DNA of 62,056 nucleotides, the filler included, from Rhabdomonas costata (taxonomy: Eukaryota): assembly GCA_019059605.1 (NCBI GenBank). It is 25 parts of 25 records of this genome, joined end to end, with 100 filler letters (N's around TTAATTAATTAA, not from the genome) between each part and the next. Parts side by side here need not be neighbours in the genome. Positions count along the whole stretch, not along the records: positions 47,265 to 49,647 come from JAHMHO010003679.1; positions 49,748 to 52,126 come from JAHMHO010003680.1; positions 52,227 to 54,610 come from JAHMHO010003681.1; positions 54,711 to 57,089 come from JAHMHO010003682.1; positions 57,190 to 59,572 come from JAHMHO010003683.1; positions 59,673 to 62,056 come from JAHMHO010003684.1; 19 more parts are not named here. The stretch is one strand, 5' to 3'. Each line of letters begins with the position of its first letter. The stretch's first letter is position 1. Position numbers and translations under genes: made by a program. Shown here piece after piece: positions 49,468 through 62,056 of this stretch. The notes below the pieces were generated by a model that had not been told where the DNA came from, ran no database searches, and was given only the letters and a program-made list of their open reading frames with translations.

Positions 49468-52400
49468 CTTCGAAAAAGAAAGAGCAAGTGTTCACAGGGA
49501 GGACAGCATGCGCGCGAGTGCATAAAGCTCTTCGTAAAGAAGAAATGCAACCGCCCCACCCCTCAAAGAAATTAAAAACTACATCGAAAAAGGGGAAAGA
49601 CTTCGCACATAGCACACAGCGAAGGAAGGCACGCCTCCACACAACCCNNNNNNNNNNNNNNNNNNNNNNNNNNNNNNNNNNNNNNNNNNNNTTAATTAAT
49701 TAANNNNNNNNNNNNNNNNNNNNNNNNNNNNNNNNNNNNNNNNNNNNATGTGTTGCGGTTCGCGGTTCACTTGGCCACATAGTCATCAATTGCACCCTAA
49801 TCCCTCCCAAAGTCCCTCAACTTCAAAACTATGTTCATGTTTGGTTTCACAAGTTCTCACCCTCCACGCGGCGGGACAGGCGAGCGATTTCCAAAAGCAG
49901 GCTGCACACATACGGTGAAATGCGGACTGCCCGTGGCCACTGACATCACAGGAGGAGGTGACAATACTGGCGGTGGTGATGCCGGTGGTAGTGACGCTGG
50001 CAGTGGAGGAGGCTTTGGAAAGCGAAGGCACATGTGGCTTGTAAAAGCATTTCAAAACATATTTTTCTCCCCTGAAAAAATCTTCTCCCGTAAAAACCTC
50101 AGAAAAGGTACGAAGTGCCTCATTTGTGGTCACAATGGTGAGTGACATAGCCGCTTCGCTTCCACTGGTACCCTAGATGAAAGTTTCCATCGCAATACGT
50201 TCAGCGTGCCCAACCAGCGCCCGCCAAGGATGAGTAGCAGGTCATCTGTCCAATCTCCAGGTCGAGAGGAAGGCCCCAATGAAGCGCCCGGTAGAAAAAT
50301 ACATTAACCTTTGTTTTGTTCGCTGTGCGCTTCTCTCCTTCGCAGGGGGAACTGCCCTCCACAGCACAATTGCTGCTGTGCAAGCTGCCTCTCCTTCCAG
50401 GGGCTTTCTAGTCTGAATTAGGGATCGTCCCACCTCGCTCGCCCGCTAACCCAAAAACGCTTGGAAACCTTCCTTACATTGGTTGAACGCACCCTCATGA
50501 GAAAGGTAAGAAAAGCAACACCGTGCTCAACACCTCACGGGTCAGAGGGGTTGGGTGGGGGGTGACGGTCACCCCTGGTAACGATTTTTCCTCTTGCAAC
50601 AACATTAAAAGTCGTCAAAGACCCCCCCTCCCAGGCAACGTTCCAGCCGCCCGGCATCCAATAGGATTTTTGAATATCAGCTCCTGGCGGCATGCTGGCA
50701 GACCAGCAGAGGAAAAAAGTTCAAAAATCGGAGTAGGGCACCGAATATAGAAACTTGTTTGGTTCTCGACAACCCCTCCCCCCTTCACACTTTCAGCGTT
50801 CTCCGCACAAAAACTATATCCACACAGAGCCACAGGTTCTCGCCCCCTGCGGGGCAGAACAAGAGTGAGCCAATTACAAAGGCACACTACGCACCGGGAT
50901 TTGCGAATTGTGTGGTTGTGGTCGAGGCAGTGGCGGGAATACGTCCCCTGGCTCCCGGCCGGAGACCCGCCCGAGGACGGCGGAGAAGGGACCATCCCAG
51001 GCGGCTGGACCTTGGGGAAGAAAGAAAAGGGATGGGAAAGGTTTCATGAGAAAGGTGGACAAGCTGATTGTCGTCTTGGTGCAGGGCAAGTCAACCAAAA
51101 ACTCTGACAAAAAAGCATCAGGAACCATGTGACTTTTTTAAGTTGCACTTGGAGGGCCTGCGTGAATGAGTGTGTGCGTTCAGCTGGGATATGGCGCGTT
51201 TCACCTCAGAACCACTGTTAGCGGTTACCCAGGTCACAAATCCCTGTTGCCTATCCTTGCACAGCTCTTCTTTCATTCCCTTTGTGAGGTGCACCATACT
51301 CTCTGCGCGTATTTCGTGCACTGCTGCCCAAGGATGGGAAGGGTCGCATCTCAGAACGTCCCTTCGGGTTTGGAGCTAATTGGAGTTTCGTGAGACCACC
51401 GTTTTACCTCGAAAACTGAGAGGTGAAAAATGTTTCCAAGGAAGGAGACCTTTCAGACTTACACAGATGTGGACGGTGTTCATCCATATTGTCTGAATGA
51501 AATGCCTCAGTGGGAGTTTTCTGATGAATTTGGGTGGTAAACTGGTGCCCTTTTCTTAACCAAAAAACCCGTGCTTTCGAGAATTCCCCTTTCGAGAACT
51601 TGCTGACAGTGGTTAAGTCAAGGCAATCGGAGAAAGCTGCTCAATTTGATGCGCATCTTTCCAGTTTGACTGGTTGATATTTGCGTGGGAAACTCCTACT
51701 TCAGTTAGGAAATAGAGTCGTTCTTCGCTGTGGTCTAGTTGCTGGAACAGTCGCATTTTGGTTAGGTGTGGTGGGAGTCGGGGGTTTTCAACGGCGTTAA
51801 CCGTTTTGGGACATTGCGAAGCGGTCGGGAAAACGTCGTTATACGGACCCCCCAAAAAAAACACAGTTGTGGAGGGTCCAGCAGGGCTATGACAAGGTTT
51901 GTAGGTCTCAATGGCGAAAGCACCTTTTGTCAAAAGTTCACAAACGCAACAACATCGTGGTGTTGGGAACGCTTCCCTCTCCCTTTTCCAACAGCGAGAA
52001 TGCACAACCCATCACACGGGAATCCGTGCAGAGCTACCACCTCTTGGTTTTACACAAGGCCTGTATCATCTCAAAAGTACGGGGTAGAGGTAAACACAAT
52101 ACATGGCAGGCACATGCAAAAACCACNNNNNNNNNNNNNNNNNNNNNNNNNNNNNNNNNNNNNNNNNNNNTTAATTAATTAANNNNNNNNNNNNNNNNNN
52201 NNNNNNNNNNNNNNNNNNNNNNNNNNGTTGTTGGGGATTCGGTAAACTGTGCCAGTGATGCGATGCGATATTTTTGCAAAGCCGTGCTGGCACCAGACAG
52301 ATTTCAGTTTAAGGGATCAGGAAAACCACGACCGTGCAGAACCCCACTGAGAACTTACCTGCAGACCTCCAGTGAGCAGTGAGCTTCTTCATCACTGCGA

Positions 52401-52532
52401 AACTGTATGAGCACTGGACGGTGGAAGTGTTTGCCCAGCCCATATTCTCAAGTTGTTCCCGAGTGAGGCAGCACCACACCGGCACTCCGGCACACCGGAA
52501 GGCCGTGCGTATCTCTGCAGCCATCCCCTCAG

Positions 52533-54499
52533 GTGCCTTCTGCCCTGATGCTGCCATCGTCTCACATTCAGAGTGCCCTTCCTCTTGGTCTGCTGGCCGC
52601 CGCCGTGCGGGACTGTTGCGCCTCGCCGCTGCTGGCCCGGGCCATGCGATGGTGGCATCGCCTTACCGCGGCGCTCGCCACCTCTTCCGTGCAGCTGCAG
52701 GACATTCAAGAGGAACTGGGGCAGACTGTGGAGAGCCTGCTGCTCGCCCTGGCGGCTACGGAGAGCTCTGAGGTGTGAGTGGAGCGGGGGGGGAAGGCAG
52801 CACGCGCTGTTTTAGTACATCCATTGTGAATGGATCAGTCACCACATCTGACCACATCTGTGCTGAAAACGCACACGTTGGCCATGGGACACAACGAACT
52901 GTGAATGCTCGCAAACATCGTCGCTTCGTCACATACAGAACACACACAGACACACACAGACACACACAAAGAAAATTCCAAAAACCGAAGAGAAAAATTC
53001 CACACGAGGATGCATAAAATTCTCACCTCCAGAAAAACACAAAATTCCAAAAACCCAAAAACCGAAAAAAGAATTTCAGAAAAGAAAACAGTGCTTCGAG
53101 CCATACTTATAGGCTCTCGAGCCCTAGAGGCTCATTGTGCAATCTTCCTATCCATTTACTGGTGATTGCTTTGTGCGCTGCTTTTTCAATGGACGCCGAT
53201 GACTTCCTTTCAGGCCTCGCTTCTGGGCGAAGCTCTGCAGTCGCTGTACTCTGTGGGGCTTCCGTTACCCTCGTTGCGGGCTCTCCTGGCGTGTATGAAG
53301 ACCCTGCTGCGGCTTCCTGACCCCAGCCGCATGGCCCTTCTGCTGCAATTGCTGCTCCGCACCCTTCGCCCCGTCCCCACCAGGGGCAGCACCGCCACCG
53401 CCAGAAGCCCGGCGAGAGCAGAGCATCGGCCCGCACCGTGGTGGCCTACAGCTCACCCCACAGAGGTTGGGGGCACCCTTCAGCAGCTTCTGGTCGCTCT
53501 CACCACCTCCGCCCTTGGGGACCCCCTGGCAACAAAGGGGGTCCGGGACCTTTGGAAGGAGGCCTGTGAGGTGGGTTTTGGCCTTTTGTTTTTGCAGGGA
53601 AGACAGCCATTTGCCCCCGAGTGAGATTGAACGAACCTTTTTCTTTGATTGGAATGGTATGGACATGATTGGTCTGGTTTAAGCTTCGAATGCCGCTCTA
53701 TACAAGTGTGCTGTCCGGAGGTAATTTGGTTTATGAGGCTTTGCGATGAAGATCTTCGTTAGATCAATCTGTCTGTTTTGAAGACCGTTTGTACGGATGT
53801 CATAGCGCAGTTTACTTTGCCTGGCTGTTCTCGATGTGTTAAAGAGCGAGAGAATCTTTAAAATCAACATGCAAAGTGCAGCAGAACCCCAATGGCACCT
53901 TCTAAACCCGGCCTGTCATTGCCAGCATAAGAATAGTGCTCTTGCTTGTTTGTGCAGACCCCAAAACGGGGGGGACACCTGGAAGCCCCGCACGCAAAGA
54001 AAGTCAGAATACGTGTTTCGAAAGAAAAGACATCACCCCAAAATAATAATTCCTCCCAATTTCTTCTCAGTGAAAGTGTGGTGGAATGGGAGGGGGCGGG
54101 GGTGCTGCAAACGCCTTTCCTTAAACAGCTCTTGGGAAGCTGCGAGTTTTGTGACCTTCCCCTTGTGCACTGTGCTCAGGTTCTGCCCGGGTCGGGCCTT
54201 CCTCGAAGCTGCCTGCAGGACCTGTGGCTGAGCTACCTGCAGTGGCTACAGGCTAAGGTTGGCGTCTCCTGCCACCTCACTGAGGAGCTGGACCTCGCGG
54301 AGGCGACGTGGCGGCGGCTACACGACTCTGGACTTTTGCTTGAGGACACCCATGGCGAGGACGCTGGGGTGCTATGGGCGCTGGTCCGTGGATACTTGCA
54401 GGTGCGGCCGGGAGGGCTGCGCAAGGCCTCCACCTTGGTGGCCGAGGCGCTGCGCGGAGGGGCGCGGCCCCCAGCAGACCTCACCCCGCAGGAGCACAG
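52533..54499 (+). CDS. Leu/Ala-rich helical protein of unknown function, internal exons 52533-52772, 53214-53570, 54180-54499
   Basis: Three GC-rich open exons with AG/GT ends and compatible phase-0 junctions. Confidence 0.65.
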
Positions 54500-56725
54500 G
54501 TCAACGTGCGCCTGAAATTGCAAAATTGGTAATGATATGGCACTCCTTTAGTTGCACGGGAGCGACGGACGTACGGGGGGATCTGGGAGGTGGGCGCACC
54601 CACCCCCAACNNNNNNNNNNNNNNNNNNNNNNNNNNNNNNNNNNNNNNNNNNNNTTAATTAATTAANNNNNNNNNNNNNNNNNNNNNNNNNNNNNNNNNN
54701 NNNNNNNNNNGTTGGGGGTGGGGTGGGGGTGGTGCAATATGGGAAATATTTTTTCTGATGTACAATGTTTTTGGATTGGTGATCATCTCGGCACACACAA
54801 TTTCTTAATATAAACGTTCAAAGTATGGCGATGAACTGTGTCGCTTTCTTTGCTCAATTTTGCTTGTCTTTGCAGGCATTATCTTTTGTAAGGACTGCGA
54901 AGAGCACTGCCCCATCGAGGAGGGACATTGCGAAAAAACTGCAAGTGTGTAAGTGTTCTTTTTGGAATATATCCTCGCATGAATCGTTTTTATCACTTTC
55001 ACTCCAGTGATAACCAAAAGGCGCACCTTTTCCTTTCCCTCCTTCCTAAACTGGTATCAGTGAAGTGAAGTTACACTGGTCATCAGTTTTGGAAATTCTT
55101 TTCCTTTTTTCATTTCCGTATGTCCTTTTCAACTTGTGGTGGGTTATCTGTGTTTCCTGACGTCGACTACGGTATGGACATTGCATGGCACTTGATCCCA
55201 CTAGTGGCCGATGATCTTTTTTTTTGGTGGGCGGTTCGCTTTTTCCTTCTCTTTTTCTGTTCCAGTGGGCTATTTCAGAAAACAATGCTGTGCTGTCACA
55301 TCGAGGGTTGTGTTCTTTCTTTTCACAAATTAAGCTTTCGTTTGTTGCTTGAAGCGGCGTGAGCGCTGCTGAGGTTGGTGATGAATTCTCCGCCCAAAAA
55401 ATTGTTTGGGATTGTATTCAAACTCGTGAAGAACTTTCATGCCGTGCGCTGATATGCTTCAGAAGTCTGTTTAACCTTCAGATGCCGTCTGGTGCCATTG
55501 CGTGCACAACAAAATAGAGGCAGGGTTCCACTTCGAAGCGCACAAGAGAGGTTAGTGCTTTTATCGGCTTCTCCTCTTTCAAGAATTGCGTGGGTGGGTG
55601 CCTGAACCTGTCCCCTTGTTTGGATGTCGGGGGGGGGGGATTTTGCTTCATATGCTCCGTCTCTGAAGTATCTGTTCTCTTCTTTTGCCATCCACTGTTT
55701 CTTTGGGGATGCGCAACCAACTGAACCAACTGCGTGATTCGAATGAATCGAAAGCACCTCTGCTTTTTCAATCACACTTTTGGTGATCAAAAAGTTTACA
55801 TTGCTGCACAGCATATTCAGTTTTTGTCAAGGGTCAGGCCAGTTGCAAAGCTCTGTTGCAAAGTTGAGCTCATGCATCTGTCCCACGTGAATGGGAGTGT
55901 GGTGTTTGCCAATTGGTCTCTGCCTCTGCTTCGCAGCTTTTGGAAGGAAGCGTCCCCCGCCCGAGCTGAAGGAGGAATTGTAACCACTCCTCCTTCCTTC
56001 ACCATGTTCCACCATATCCTTCTTCTTCGGATATGTGGAGCAATGGAAGGGACACTGATGTTGTACTTGTCTATGTGTGTGGTTGGCTCCTAAGCCGGCC
56101 ACCAGTGGCATATGTGACCAATAGTGAACATCCGCAGCTACGAAACTGAGGCCGCCTATTGTTGAACGTGTGTGAAGCTGGTGTTATGTTCGGTGCATCC
56201 AAAGCTTCCGGTTCTTTGCTGACTCCTAGATTTGACGTACTTGACCAAGCATCCTACCCAACTCCAAAAAGCGACGACAGGTCAAGGGTCTAGGGATTTG
56301 GATACAGTCCGAACGTGTGGGTGAAGGTTGGGGGACGGGTCGGATTGGAAGGGCGGTCCACTCCTCTCTTCTCCTCTCCTTTGAGCGAATATTGCAATTT
56401 TCTTTGGGCCCAGCGCCGAAGCTTTCGAATTCCTCGGTTGTGGAGGACGTATCTTCACATCCCATGACATCTTCCCTGTTTGAATCCTTATTTCCTTATC
56501 CTTGTTTCATTTCGGGCATCCCACAACATGCATCGCTGGTAATTCCCTGTTCAGCACAGTTCTATCTAGATTCGTGCGTTTTGCTGCAGAGCAAGGCAAC
56601 CCAATTTGCGGTTGTATCCGAGCCGATATCTGGTAACCTTGCGTTCTGGTGTTCTGGATCCGTTTGTTTTTGAGGGTTTTTGAGGGTTTCAGAGCTGCAT
56701 CTTTCTCCCCTCACCTCCGGAGTCG

Positions 56726-57089
56726 ATGGCCCTGGCCCCTCCTTCGCTGAGCTCCTTCGCTGCCTCTGCCCTTGCAAAGGCCGCAGCTGCGCTGACTCTG
56801 GAAGACTTGCGCAGCATGCCCACCCCCGCACTTATTCAAGTGTGCCTGCATCTAGGCCTGGAGGAGCTCTTTCTGGTGCTCCGCCGAGCAGGACAGGGAA
56901 ATGGTGTCCCCGCGGTTAAGGGAAGGACCACGGACTTAGGGCTGCTGTGGCGAAGACTTCTGTGCTTGGGCGGGGGTGCGGGTGCCCGGGTGGACCGCGC
57001 CACGCTGTGCTCCGGGGAGGTGGACTGGCAATCCAAGGCAGCCTCGCTGTACTTCTTAATCAAGCCCCGCTGTGTTCCTCCACAACCCC
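56726..57089 (+). CDS. Probable 5' coding exon, unknown protein
   Basis: GC-rich frame from ATG (MALAPPSLSSFAASAL...) open to the contig end, with an AG shortly upstream. Confidence 0.4.
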
Positions 57090-58902
57090 NNNNNNNNNNN
57101 NNNNNNNNNNNNNNNNNNNNNNNNNNNNNNNNNTTAATTAATTAANNNNNNNNNNNNNNNNNNNNNNNNNNNNNNNNNNNNNNNNNNNNGGGGGTGGGTG
57201 GTAACGTTGTGAGACAAGGGTGTCAATGAAAATGAAACCCACAGGAAACGTTAAATGCTACTGGGGGCAAACGCCCCCCCTTCCCATCAGTTGGGAGAGG
57301 AAGCCAGTCAGGACGTGGCGAACACGCGGGATACCCGTCCCCCTCCCCAATGTGTCACCCTCGCCCTGCATTTCGCCCCAAATCAGTCCCTTTTTATCTG
57401 CAATCTCCTAGGAACCGTTCATCGCTGTTCTGGAGCAAAGTCACAGAGTCCGCTGTGCTCCACATCCCAACATATCCTGCATAATTCCAAAAGCTTTTTT
57501 CGGGCCCCTAAAATCCTCAGAAGGAACTTCAGGAGACAGAGGAATAGAGCAGATACACCCAGGATATTCAGTCCTCTTGCCCGAAGTTTGTCGGATATTG
57601 CCTAAAAGCCTGGATAGTGGAGAGTGGACACCAAACAGACACAACCCCAATGTTGTGGTGGGCCTGTGGTTGCCTTCCAACCACTGCTATGAAGAGGGTT
57701 CCTCTCCATGCCTGCACTCTTAGCATGGGTCAGAATTTGAGGAGTGCGAGCAGGCTTCCAACACATGAAGTGCGAGCCGTGCTTCGAGCCCATGCTTCCG
57801 GGGCCAGGCTCCCTTGCTTATTTTGAACGATAGAGCCAACGAAACACTGCAATGTGGTACCAGACTGAGCTGGGGATATTCTTATTCTTTGGTGTAGCAA
57901 AGCTGTTAACAAGTTGTTTTTAAGTATGCCATTTTGCGTCTCAGGAAATGGGATGACCACATTTCACTTGGTCGACCTTTGCATTGTCAGGTCGTCACGT
58001 TAATACTGCTGTTTTTTTTCTTTTTGTAGCAACTCTCCCCCATTGCGTTCAACCGCTCTACGTCCAGCATTCAAATGAAAGCATTTATCCCTTGTCCACC
58101 TTTTTCACGTTTTCTCGTCACCCTTTTCTCTGCGCGAATGTGTATCCTGGACGTTTTTTCGCCCTTGGCTCTTTTATAGGACTCGTCGACTGCCGTGGCA
58201 CTTCTGCCCCAACCTGCGGGGCTGCCGGGGCTGGCGGCATGCCTGCGGCGGGGCTTACGGCCTGCTTACCCTGCGGCCGGACTCCCCGGAGTACCAGAGG
58301 GCGGAGCGTATCTTTTTGGACACCGCGAATGGCCGCTACCGGGTCACTCGCATTGACATAGTGAACAATGCCAACCTTCAGGTCCTGGGCCCATCTGGCG
58401 GTGGAATTGACGTTAGGGTTGGGGGCAGGGGATAACGAGTTACCAGTGGCAATCATCCATCGGTATGATAACCTGTTGATAACCTGTTGCTAATCTTAAC
58501 CCCCCCCCCCTCCAGGCTACTTTTCCGTTCCAGGTGCTCGCTACGACTGCGCCGCGGACTATTCTCTACATTTTACATACCCCCTCACACTAGAACTTTT
58601 CGAGGTTGCTGTCACATTTCCTACTCACTAGTGGTATTTACGAATTTAGCACATTTTGTTCCTTTTGGGCCCATTCCGAGTTCAAGGGTGGCTAAGCCAC
58701 TTTTGGTTTCCTTTTCCTTTTTTGCATGCTGACACAAGCTGATCTATGTCACGGGTTGGTGTGAACATTATGCCCCCGGAAAGCGGAGCTGCGCACTCAC
58801 GACCGTGGCTGAAGAGTTTGGGGGAGAGTCTGTTGTTGCGCGCGGTAGGCGTTCCCCAACCTTTCCTCTTGTGCACCTCTCTCGGTCCCACTCAACTCTC
58901 AG

Positions 58903-59109
58903 CGGCTGTTTGAAGGGCACTGCATGATGCTGCAGGCCCGCAGCCAGAGGAACGACTTCCAGGCCAAATGGCACTCCGACCGCTTCCACGTGCACCGCCG
59001 GAAAATTATGGACCGCTTTCAAAGCCTTTCACGCCCACACCGCAGCGCGGAGTGGCAGTTTGGAGGGGTTTATCCTGTTGCGGCCTTCCACGGAACATCG
59101 GTGGACACG
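58903..59109 (+). CDS. Internal exon, possibly from a PARP-like ADP-ribosyltransferase domain
   Basis: Pyrimidine tract plus ag; open frame ending VYPVAAFHGTSVDT; gtgtgt donor. FHGT resembles the PARP catalytic His motif; downstream motifs not found. Confidence 0.4.
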
Positions 59110-59715
59110 GTGTGTACGTGTGTGGTTGCATGTTATGCTCAATTGAGGTTTCCAAAGAACCGCCGCCCAGCTGCAGCGAGGTGATCCGCAGCCAAGCAGC
59201 GGGAGGATATTTGAAGGCCCTTTGGAGGTAAAAAGATCACCAGAGCTGATACCTTGCGATTATGTCTTGTGCCATGTGCCTCGTACCTTGTACATTTAGT
59301 GTAGATATGTGCATCCAAGGGGAAGAAAGACGAAAAGTGCAGTTAAAAAAGTGCAGGCTGAATATTACCCCGCGTGTAGTGTGTGTATGTGAACGTTCCC
59401 AACCCTCATCTCAAGCTTTGCCAGTGAAAGTCAATCGGTCAATCGCGAGTGCCGAGGCAACTGATACCTTGAACCGGACACTGCTGGTCCTCCAAGTTTC
59501 ACAGGGGACTTGGTTGTGGCCAGAGTTGCCTTCCCCTTACGCTTGAGCGAGACCAGAGTGTTACCCACACCCNNNNNNNNNNNNNNNNNNNNNNNNNNNN
59601 NNNNNNNNNNNNNNNNTTAATTAATTAANNNNNNNNNNNNNNNNNNNNNNNNNNNNNNNNNNNNNNNNNNNNAGCGGGCGAGTGGGGGGGGGGGTGACGC
59701 CAGGGCTGTTCCGAC

Positions 59716-61073
59716 CTTCCCAGATCTGCACCAGAGCATCCTTCGATAGCAACAGCCTGGCCGTGGCATTGGGTAAGTTGAACGCCAATGCCTATTGAAT
59801 TAAACAAGAACGGGAGAACAGCCGGTTCTGCGCCAGGAGTGCCTTCCAAACATCCGGGGAAAGAGAGGGTCATTCGGAACCTCTTTCTGATTTCAAGTTG
59901 TCTTTCAGGACGCACGTATGTAGGAAAGCAAATGCACCTCTGTCCTTGGCCACGGGTGGGGATCAGGAGGAGAGAGAGATGGAAAACGGCAGGCCCTTAT
60001 GCACTTACCACGCCCAACCTCGGCGAGGAGCGGTAGACCTATTCGAACAGGCTTCCCACTCCAAAACGGTATCAACTAAAATGGATACCTCTGATTCACT
60101 TAGCATTCCACACTCAAGAAGGAAACTCCTCGTTGCACAACATACACACAGCAAAACTCACTCGCGACAAACGAGCCATGGCACAGGATGGGATCAGTAT
60201 TGGTGAGGAGCCAAGGTGCCCCAAAACACATTGAATTGTGTGCAAGGAGCTCCCAACACACACACATACCATGGGGTGCACAATAATCGGCAGGTGGACC
60301 ATGTCGGGCTCGGGCATGGCCGGGGGCATCGTCGCCAGAGCGAAATCAACCTGACAGGCCCAACACAAAAAAAGGAGCTTTGCAAAGGAAATTGCAAAGG
60401 ACAAGGTTCAGCTTAGGAAACTACAAAAAGGGAATTCATTCTTGGACGTGTTGCAGGAACAACAAAAAGACACACGCGCTAAAACGACCGAGTCGGTAAC
60501 AAAGGCGGAGAATCAGAAATGGGCGGAGGCATGAGTGAGTGAGTAAGTGAATAAGTGAGTGAGTAAGTGCGACAGAGGGATCTCACGGTATCTTAATTTT
60601 AAAGGCGAGCGGGTCGATAAACGCAGACTTAGAAATATATAATTGCTGCTCACAAGCAGCACTACGTTTGATTTCTGGGGCATATGTTTCGGTAACTTTG
60701 AAGAATCAGAACCAAACATCGCAGATTATACTGGAGATCACACAAAATCCACCGCGCCCGCGCAAGCCCGCTGCCCTGCTCCGAAAATGCCAGGCATCGG
60801 TACGGGTGCCCTGGGGAACCAACACGAGATGCCCACCTGGTGCAGACGAAGCTCGCTAAGACCATCAGAGCTGTTGGTGGAGGCAAAGTTCAGCTCGTAC
60901 TGGGGGTAGGCCTCCTCGAAGAACTTCTTCCACTTCCACGCGACGCCTGCCACGGCCAGCTCCGAGCCGGCGCCCCGCAGGACCACAGGAGAGGAGGTCG
61001 CCACGGAGGACAACACCGCAACACAAATCACAAGTAAGGCACGAACACACAAACAAAGAGACGCACCGGCCAT
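59716..61073 (-). CDS. Signal-peptide protein with PstS-like periplasmic-binding domain, 5' part (exons 61073-60837, 60350-60270, 59791-59716)
   Basis: Hydrophobic leader, LRGAGS...W...F...YP, VDFA, HLPII, AFNLP...LLLSKDALVQIWEG in PstS order; GT-AG introns in phase. Confidence 0.78.
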
Positions 61074-62056
61074 CTCTTCCACACAAGCAGACACGCACAG
61101 GTGCAGGTGCACCGGGATGATCGGAAATAACCGGCCGCAAATACACAATGTGGGAAAGCAGACGCGGTACTCAAGAACCCAAACGCTCGGCAAAAGAGTG
61201 GGCTGCCCAGAAAAAGGCGACCTATTCTTCCGGCAATAAGGAACTTCCCTTCACTGCTAACCCCATTCTACCATTTACCCGAGGTCGAAGCGAGCTTTCA
61301 ACAACATTGTCCAGTGTTCACATTGTCCACTGATCGCAAGGGCACAGAAAACATGCAAAAAGATGTTGGGCAAGGGACCGTGGCGTATGTCATGTCAAAG
61401 GATTCAAATAAAGCACGCTCCCATTTCTTCGAACATTCAGCAAGAACGTAAATTTCATAAAGGAGCCATGCAGCTCAGTTTATTGATATTATTGAGGTGG
61501 TTCGGGCAACTCTTGTTTAAGGCGACGCCGCAGAAGGAGGGGTCAAAACTTTTCCGTTTGCCCAGCATTCACAAATTCCCAAGCCAATTCGAAACGACTG
61601 TCTCATCTTAAAAACCCACACCCCGGAAAACTTGAATGACAGCCATGTCAACCCAAAATCGTGTCTGTTCTTCTTCTGCTAGCGCGCGTCCAAGTATAAG
61701 TGGCGGAAAGATGAGACTTCCCAGTCTCCCAGCAGCCCGCAAGAGAAGCTCCCCAGCTTCACAGTGCAGAGCCCAGGCGTGTAGGATGATATGGACAACC
61801 TGTGGGGAAACCGCATGCATTAGCATCAATATGCCACCAAATATACACTAAATACACCAGATACATTGTCCCAGTCACCCAAACCTCAAGCGTATGGAGT
61901 CATCCGAAATGTTTTTGCTACATTCCCCCTCCCTTACACACTGAGTCACTATTTGCAGCGTCACCCTTATCACCCTTTGCCCTCCAGGAGTGCACTTCCC
62001 CGCAGTTCTCTGTGAGTGAGCTCTGCATACGTCTACCGTACAACCACCCCACCACC

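Noticed and set aside
2390-59672. Regularly spaced TTAATTAATTAA as a CRISPR-like or biological repeat
   Set aside because: Always embedded in 44+44 N; it is a six-frame-stop linker.
2490-62056. Contigs as telomere-capped nanochromosomes
   Set aside because: Polarity is wrong (5' ends are G/T-rich, whereas telomere 5' ends are C/A-rich), there is no fixed repeat unit, and genes are cut mid-exon.
1-62056. Spliced-leader RNA, tRNA or rRNA genes
   Set aside because: Only short chance matches to the euglenid leader core (e.g. tttctgag near 17906); no cloverleaf or rRNA motifs noticed. An Infernal or tRNAscan run is needed to exclude them.

Overview
This window is not one locus. It is 25 unrelated contigs of about 2.39 kb, in roughly descending length, joined by an artificial 100-nt spacer (N44-TTAATTAATTAA-N44, stops in all six frames), so nothing can be inferred across spacers. 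The DNA is eukaryotic and intron-rich: GC-rich exons, mostly short GT-AG introns, at least one GC-AG intron and one candidate euglenid-type non-conventional intron boundary. Most contigs start with about 5-15 G/T-only bases and end in A/C-only bases, which points to G/T-primer whole-genome amplification. Recognisable gene fragments: triosephosphate isomerase, Kae1/OSGEP, SelO, a delta-12-type desaturase, a fungal-like DHA1 MFS transporter, a CFAP36-like first exon, an ABHD/YheT hydrolase, a CRAL-TRIO protein, an ankyrin protein, a FUSC/ALMT-like membrane protein, a PstS-like protein and a degenerate Ty3/Gypsy element carrying a dUTPase. The source is inferred, not proven, to be a flagellated euglenozoan, probably a euglenid. 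The best leads are the intronless fungal-type transporter beside a cilium gene, the dUTPase-bearing Gypsy, a Cys at the ABHD nucleophile elbow, and a SelO terminal exon with no canonical acceptor just downstream of an unfinished Kae1 gene. All family assignments are motif recognition by eye; no database search was run. No rRNA, tRNA, CRISPR or SL-RNA was recognised.
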